A stretch of DNA of 64,000 nucleotides from Salinispira sp. (GTDB lineage Bacteria > Spirochaetota > Spirochaetia > DSM-27196 > Salinispiraceae): contig OZ271918.1 in assembly GCA_965602015.1 (NCBI GenBank), forward strand, positions 2,816,001-2,880,000, written 5' to 3'. The notes beneath the pieces were generated by a model. That model worked only from the letters and a program-made list of their open reading frames with translations, ran no database searches and was not told the DNA's origin. Of the stretch, positions 59,445 through 64,000 are shown piece after piece (the first letter of the stretch is position 1; every line of letters begins with the position of its first letter). The translations under genes and the position numbers were made by a program.

Positions 59445-59580
59445 CTTGACCGTCCGTAATTAGTATACTATTGACCGCTGGCAATTTCTTTCATGTATTG
59501 CAATTTTTTTCAGATGCAATTACCTTATAGTCAAAAGAAAAATCCCCGGAAGCATACCCCGATGGTCGAGGAGCGTAAAT

Positions 59581-60585
59581 ATGGCCAAGAAAAATACCGG
59601 ACAAACCGGCAAAGGCAGACTTGCCGAGGCGGAAATCTCCAAGGATTTGGCAGCTCACATGCTGGCTCGAATGTATGAAATCCGCAACTTCGAGGAGAAG
59701 GTCGCGTATTTTTTCAGCCGCGGCATGATACACGGCACCACCCATCTGTACGTGGGGGAAGAAGCCACCGCCGTGGGCATTATTTCCGCCCTGCGGGACG
59801 ACGACTGGATATCATCAACCCATAGGGGTCACGGACACACCATCGCAAAAGGTATAGACCTGAACCGGATGATGGCCGAATTGTTCGGCCGCGAGACCGG
59901 TTACTGCAAGGGCAAGGGCGGATCGATGCACATTGCCGATCTGACCCGCGGAAATCTGGGAGCCAATGGAATAGTCGGCGGCGGCATCCCGATCGCCACC
60001 GGCGCGGGCATTACCAGCAGGCTCAAGGGCCTGGACCGGGTATCGGTGTCCTTTTTCGGAGACGGGGCCATCAACGAAGGGAGCTTTCACGAATCGGTGA
60101 ACCTCGCCTCTGTCTGGGACCTTCCGGTGCTGTATGTTTGCGAGGACAATCAGTACGGAATGAGCATGAGCAGGCACAAGAGCATCAACCTTCAGGATTT
60201 GGCTGAGAGGGCAAAGGCTTACGGCATTCCGGGCAAAACGATAGACGGCAATGACGTTGTTCTTGTGTACAAGGAAGCCCGGGAAGCTCTGCAGCACGTG
60301 CGGAAAACCGGCCCCTCCCTCCTGGTATGCGAGACCTACCGATACCTGGGCCACTCAAAGAGCGACGCGAACCGATACCGCAGCAAGGAAGAGATTAACG
60401 AGTGGAAGAAAAAAGACCCCATCCCGAGATTACGGAAGGACATGATAGATAGCGGCATGTTCGGCGAAGACGAACTGGACGCCATCGAAAAAAAAGCCCA
60501 GGAAGACCTGGAGGCCGCAGTCGAGTTTGCCACAAACAGCCCTGAACCGCCGGTGGAAAGCCTGACCGACGACGTGTACGCCTGA
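59581..60585 (+). CDS. TPP-dependent dehydrogenase E1 alpha (AcoA/PdhA-like)
   Basis: STHRGHGH, GKGGSMH, GDGA.NEG, YR..GHS.SD. Confidence 0.93.
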   Translation: MAKKNTGQTGKGRLAEAEISKDLAAHMLARMYEIRNFEEKVAYFFSRGMIHGTTHLYVGEEATAVGIISALRDDDWISSTHRGHGHTIAKGIDLNRMMAELFGRETGYCKGKGGSMHIADLTRGNLGANGIVGGGIPIATGAGITSRLKGLDRVSVSFFGDGAINEGSFHESVNLASVWDLPVLYVCEDNQYGMSMSRHKSINLQDLAERAKAYGIPGKTIDGNDVVLVYKEAREALQHVRKTGPSLLVCETYRYLGHSKSDANRYRSKEEINEWKKKDPIPRLRKDMIDSGMFGEDELDAIEKKAQEDLEAAVEFATNSPEPPVESLTDDVYA

Positions 60586-60607
60586 GAACCCCCGGAAGGA
60601 GTCATAA

Positions 60608-61600
60608 ATGCGAGAGATAACATACGCAGAAGCAATAAAAGAGGCCATGAGCATAGAAATGCGCAAAGACGAGAACGTATTTCTCATGGGCGAAGACATC
60701 GGCGTGTACGGCGGGGCCTTCGGCGTCTCGGTGGGGATGATTGAGGAATTCGGCGAAGAGCGGATTCGCGACACGCCCATCAGCGAGGCGGCAATTATGG
60801 GAGCCGCCATCGGAGCGGCGATTACCGGCATGCGGCCAATTGCTGAGATTCAGTTCTCGGATTTTCTCACGATTTCCATGGATCAGCTGGTAAACCAGGC
60901 GGCGAAAATCCGCTACATGTTCGGCGGCAAGGCAAAGGTGCCGCTGGTGGTACGGGCTCCCGCCGGCAGCGGCACCGGGGCCGCAGGACAGCACTCCTCG
61001 AGCATGGAGGCCTGGTATGCCCATGTTCCCGGGCTGAAGGTCGTAATTCCCTCGAGTCCCGCGGACGCCAAGGGACTTCTGGCCGCCGCCGTGGCGGATG
61101 ACAACCCGGTGGTTTTTCTCGAACAGAAACTGTTGTACCGGGTAAAGGGCGAGGTGCCCGAAGAACCCTACAGCATCCCCCTTGGCGTCAGCGATGTTAA
61201 GCGGAAGGGAGATGATCTCACCGTGGTCACCTGGGGCAGAATGGTGAACCGCTGCCTCGAAGCAGCCGAAGCGCTGTCGGAAAAAAATGTATCAGTTGAA
61301 ATCATCGATCCCCGGACCATCCTTCCCCTGGACACCGCGCCCATCATCGAATCGGTCAAAAAAACCGGCAGACTGCTCATCGTTCACGAGGCTGTACAGA
61401 CCGGAGGTTTCGGCGGCGAAGTTGCCGCACGGATCGCCGACTCAGAGGCGTTCTGGTATCTGGAAGCGCCGATAAAGCGCCTGGGCGGTTCGGATACCCC
61501 GATTCCATACAATCCGAAGCTTGAGGCGGCGGCGGTTCCCACCCCGGAGAAAATCATGGCGAAGTGCGAGGAACTGGCGGCCATGGGCCGGGGGGCGTAA
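60608..61600 (+). CDS. TPP-dependent dehydrogenase E1 beta (AcoB/PdhB-like)
   Basis: GEDIG..GG.F, DTPISE, QHS, PGLKV, D.RT..PLD. Confidence 0.93.
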   Translation: MREITYAEAIKEAMSIEMRKDENVFLMGEDIGVYGGAFGVSVGMIEEFGEERIRDTPISEAAIMGAAIGAAITGMRPIAEIQFSDFLTISMDQLVNQAAKIRYMFGGKAKVPLVVRAPAGSGTGAAGQHSSSMEAWYAHVPGLKVVIPSSPADAKGLLAAAVADDNPVVFLEQKLLYRVKGEVPEEPYSIPLGVSDVKRKGDDLTVVTWGRMVNRCLEAAEALSEKNVSVEIIDPRTILPLDTAPIIESVKKTGRLLIVHEAVQTGGFGGEVAARIADSEAFWYLEAPIKRLGGSDTPIPYNPKLEAAAVPTPEKIMAKCEELAAMGRGA

Positions 61601-63055
61601 ATGGCAACGGAAATAATTATGCCCAAAGCCGGAGTGGCCATGGAAGAGGGCACCATCGTGCAGTGGCTTGTACAGCCCGGCGATGAGGTGGAGACCGGAG
61701 ACATTATCCTGGAGATCGAAACCGACAAGGTCAGTATGGAGGTGGAAGCAGAAGTCAGCGGATACTTCCTCGGTGCAACCCGGGAGCCCGGCGACGTGGT
61801 CCCCGTGACCCAAACCATCGGATACATCGGCAAAAAGGGCGAGAGCATGCCCGCCGCCGGTAACGATGAAGGTGGTGCAGGTAGCGGTGGCGCAGGTAGC
61901 GGTGGCGCAGGTAGCGCTAGCGTCGGGAAGAGCGGCGAAATTAGCAGCGAGGTCAGCGGCGCCGGCAGCACCAAGGCCCCAGCACAGAGCGAAAGCACCG
62001 ATGGCCCGATAGCCTCAGGAGAGGCCGCCGCGCCCAGAATAGCCGCCAGCCCGGCAGCCGTTCGACTGGCAAGAGAGAAGGGCGTCCGCCTCGAAGATGC
62101 GCTCAGCGGCAGCCTCCCCCTGCACTCACCCGATATTGAGGTCGCATCCTCAAGCCGCCGGGATTCTGGAAATGAACCCAGGATGAGCAGCCTTGCCCGC
62201 CGTGAGCTTCAAAGAAGCGGGCATGACGCCGCAAGCCTTACGGGCAGCGGATCCGGCGGAAGAATACTGCGCCGGGACGTCAACGAACAGCTCTCGGGCA
62301 TCATGGCAATGCTGGAGGGGTTGGGAGGTTTCGTTCCTCCGGCGGATGTGCCGGTTCACCTACATGAGGGCGATACGAGCCAGCCCCTCAGCGGCATCCG
62401 GAAAGTGACCGCCCAGAGAATGATAACCAGCCAACTCACGATTCCCCCCACAACCCTGCATTGCGAGGTAAAGGCGAATCAGATTTCCAGCTTGAGGGCC
62501 TCACTCAAGGCCGACGGGATTGCACTATCGGTGAATGTGCTGCTGCTGAAGGCCGTAGCCCGGGCTCTCCGGCAATGCCCCTGGATGCGGGTCAGCATGT
62601 CGGAGGGGCAGGTTATACAGCGGGAAGCGGTAAACCTCGGCATGGCGGTGGCCACCGATCGGGGCCTTCTAGTTCCGGTGATCAGGCATGCGGACCGCCT
62701 CAGCCTGGTGGATTTGGGCGAGGCAGCTTCGGATCTTGCGGATAAAGCCCGGAACGGCAGACTTTCCATGGACGACATGAGCGGCGGCGTATTCTCGGTC
62801 AGCAATTTGGGTATGTACGGAATCACCACCTTCACCCCGGTGGTCAATCCGCCGGAGGCGGGGATTTTGGGCATAGGGACCATACGCAAACAGCTCGCAA
62901 GGGACGAAGTCAGCGGGGAAATCGTGGACCGTCAACTCATGGATTTAAGCCTCACCCTGGATCATCGGCTCATCGACGGCGCCCAGGGAGCCCTGTTTCT
63001 AACAGAGCTCAGGGAGCTTCTTGAGGCTCCGCTGAAACTGCTGGCCGGAGGATAA
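61601..63055 (+). CDS. Dihydrolipoamide acyltransferase E2 (AcoC/PdhC-like)
   Basis: Lipoyl ETDK, two subunit-binding-like segments, DHRLIDG catalytic motif. Confidence 0.93.
   Translation: MATEIIMPKAGVAMEEGTIVQWLVQPGDEVETGDIILEIETDKVSMEVEAEVSGYFLGATREPGDVVPVTQTIGYIGKKGESMPAAGNDEGGAGSGGAGSGGAGSASVGKSGEISSEVSGAGSTKAPAQSESTDGPIASGEAAAPRIAASPAAVRLAREKGVRLEDALSGSLPLHSPDIEVASSSRRDSGNEPRMSSLARRELQRSGHDAASLTGSGSGGRILRRDVNEQLSGIMAMLEGLGGFVPPADVPVHLHEGDTSQPLSGIRKVTAQRMITSQLTIPPTTLHCEVKANQISSLRASLKADGIALSVNVLLLKAVARALRQCPWMRVSMSEGQVIQREAVNLGMAVATDRGLLVPVIRHADRLSLVDLGEAASDLADKARNGRLSMDDMSGGVFSVSNLGMYGITTFTPVVNPPEAGILGIGTIRKQLARDEVSGEIVDRQLMDLSLTLDHRLIDGAQGALFLTELRELLEAPLKLLAGG
61871..61915. repeat. Coding tandem repeat, 3 x 15 bp (GGAGS linker)
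   Basis: GGTGGYGCAGGTAGC x3. Confidence 0.9.
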
Positions 63056-63112
63056 TCCGTTTATTCTGGTCCGCCGGACGGGCCCATGGTATATTTCGGT
63101 CAGGAGCCGTTG

Positions 63113-63859
63113 ATGCCGTATATTTCCATATCTCTTATTATCCAGATAGCGCTGGTCATCCATGCAATCCGCAACGGAAAACAGATGTTCTGGATTTTCC
63201 TCATTATATTTGTTCCGCTCATCGGCAGCGTGGCCTACGCCGTAGTCGAGCTGCTGCCTGACCTGCGCGACCGCCACCGCAGCACCCTTCAGCGGGGGGC
63301 AAGTCAGCTCGGGGAGATGGTAAACCCCGGCGGCAAAATCAAGGAACTTGAAAAGCAAAACGACCTGTCCCCCACAGTGGAAAACATGCGGGCCCTCGCA
63401 ACGGCATATCTTGCGGCCGATCGTGCCGCAGATGCCCTCCCCTTACTGGAAAAAAGCGCAAACAGCCCCCTGGGTCCCGACTCCCGGAGCCTCAGCCTGC
63501 TGGCGGAAGCGTGCTTCAAGCTGGAACGTCCGAGAGAAGCCCTGGAACACATCCGGGCTGCCAAAGAGAGTGCCGATCGGCAAGACGATCCGGACAACAG
63601 CCTGCTGGAGGGGCGGATACTCGAGGCGCTTGGCAGCAATGACGAAGCCGCCGCCTGCTTCGAATCGGCTTCGCGCCGGGGAAGCGGATTGTACTACCAG
63701 TTTGCCTACGGCGATTTTCTGCGTCGTCGGGGAGAGACCTCGAAGGCCGAGGAAATTTTTTCCAAAATAGAAGCGGATTACTCCCGCATGCCCGCATACG
63801 CGAAAAAGCTCAACCGCCGCTGGCATCAGGAAGCGCAGAAGGCGCAAAAGGGCAGCTGA
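63113..63859 (+). CDS. Membrane-anchored TPR protein with PLDc_N-like N-terminus
   Basis: HA...G...W...I.F.P..G..AY N-terminus, then TPR-like repeats; CAGGAG RBS. Confidence 0.8.
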   Translation: MPYISISLIIQIALVIHAIRNGKQMFWIFLIIFVPLIGSVAYAVVELLPDLRDRHRSTLQRGASQLGEMVNPGGKIKELEKQNDLSPTVENMRALATAYLAADRAADALPLLEKSANSPLGPDSRSLSLLAEACFKLERPREALEHIRAAKESADRQDDPDNSLLEGRILEALGSNDEAAACFESASRRGSGLYYQFAYGDFLRRRGETSKAEEIFSKIEADYSRMPAYAKKLNRRWHQEAQKAQKGS

Positions 63860-64000
63860 TTATAACCGGGTCATGGCATTTTTCCAGTCGGTATGAGTGC
63901 GCCTGATAAACTCAAGCATCACTTCCCTGCTCTCCCGGGTTTCGGGAAAGAAATCAAAAAAGAACCACACGTGAATCATCTTCTCGTACTCCCAGAAAAC
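63860..64000 (-). CDS. 3' end of a probable alpha/beta hydrolase (esterase), truncated by the window edge
   Basis: Open frame VFWEYEKMIHVWFFFDFFPETRESREVMLEFIRR...L*; Y..M.H.W resembles the catalytic-His segment of HSL-type esterases. Confidence 0.6.
   Translation of the reverse strand, partial: VFWEYEKMIHVWFFFDFFPETRESREVMLEFIRRTHTDWKNAMTRL

Overview
A 64 kb, moderately GC-rich chromosomal segment, most likely from a free-living anaerobic spirochaete (Spirochaetales). This assignment is inferred from gene content (RelA/SpoT-TPR protein, several multi-TM MCPs, Borrelia-like order of the mevalonate operon) and is not proven. The left half (1-32.7 kb) is mostly housekeeping: a mevalonate operon with an IDI-2/HMG-CoA reductase fusion, fbaA, ychF, purEK, galM and a tRNA-Pro(GGG). 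Right of the tRNA (32.8-51.2 kb) is an accessory region. It holds a radical-SAM/SPASM enzyme paired with a YG-motif lipoprotein (splicease-like), a soluble-adenylyl-cyclase-like cyclase-STAND-TPR protein, and an ECF42/YciI pair. Its most striking part is a tightly coupled operon encoding a double-SnoaL lipoprotein, a multi-TM chemoreceptor, an AfsA-hotdog protein with a degenerate PilZ-like tail and an atypical SDR, divergent from a second MCP. This is the best candidate for an undescribed system: butyrolactone/butenolide-type signal synthesis linked to chemotaxis. The right end (51.3-63 kb) is a self-contained glucitol-family PTS locus with a split, reordered srlE and no srlD, divergent from a TPP-dependent E1a/E1b/E2 operon that lacks E3. 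Non-coding structure includes a 148-bp element with 23-bp perfect terminal inverted repeats and two dispersed half-copies, a 9 x 17-bp degenerate tandem array, and several operator-like palindromes. No CRISPR array, integrase or transposase was seen. All family calls come from motif recognition by eye; no database searches were run.
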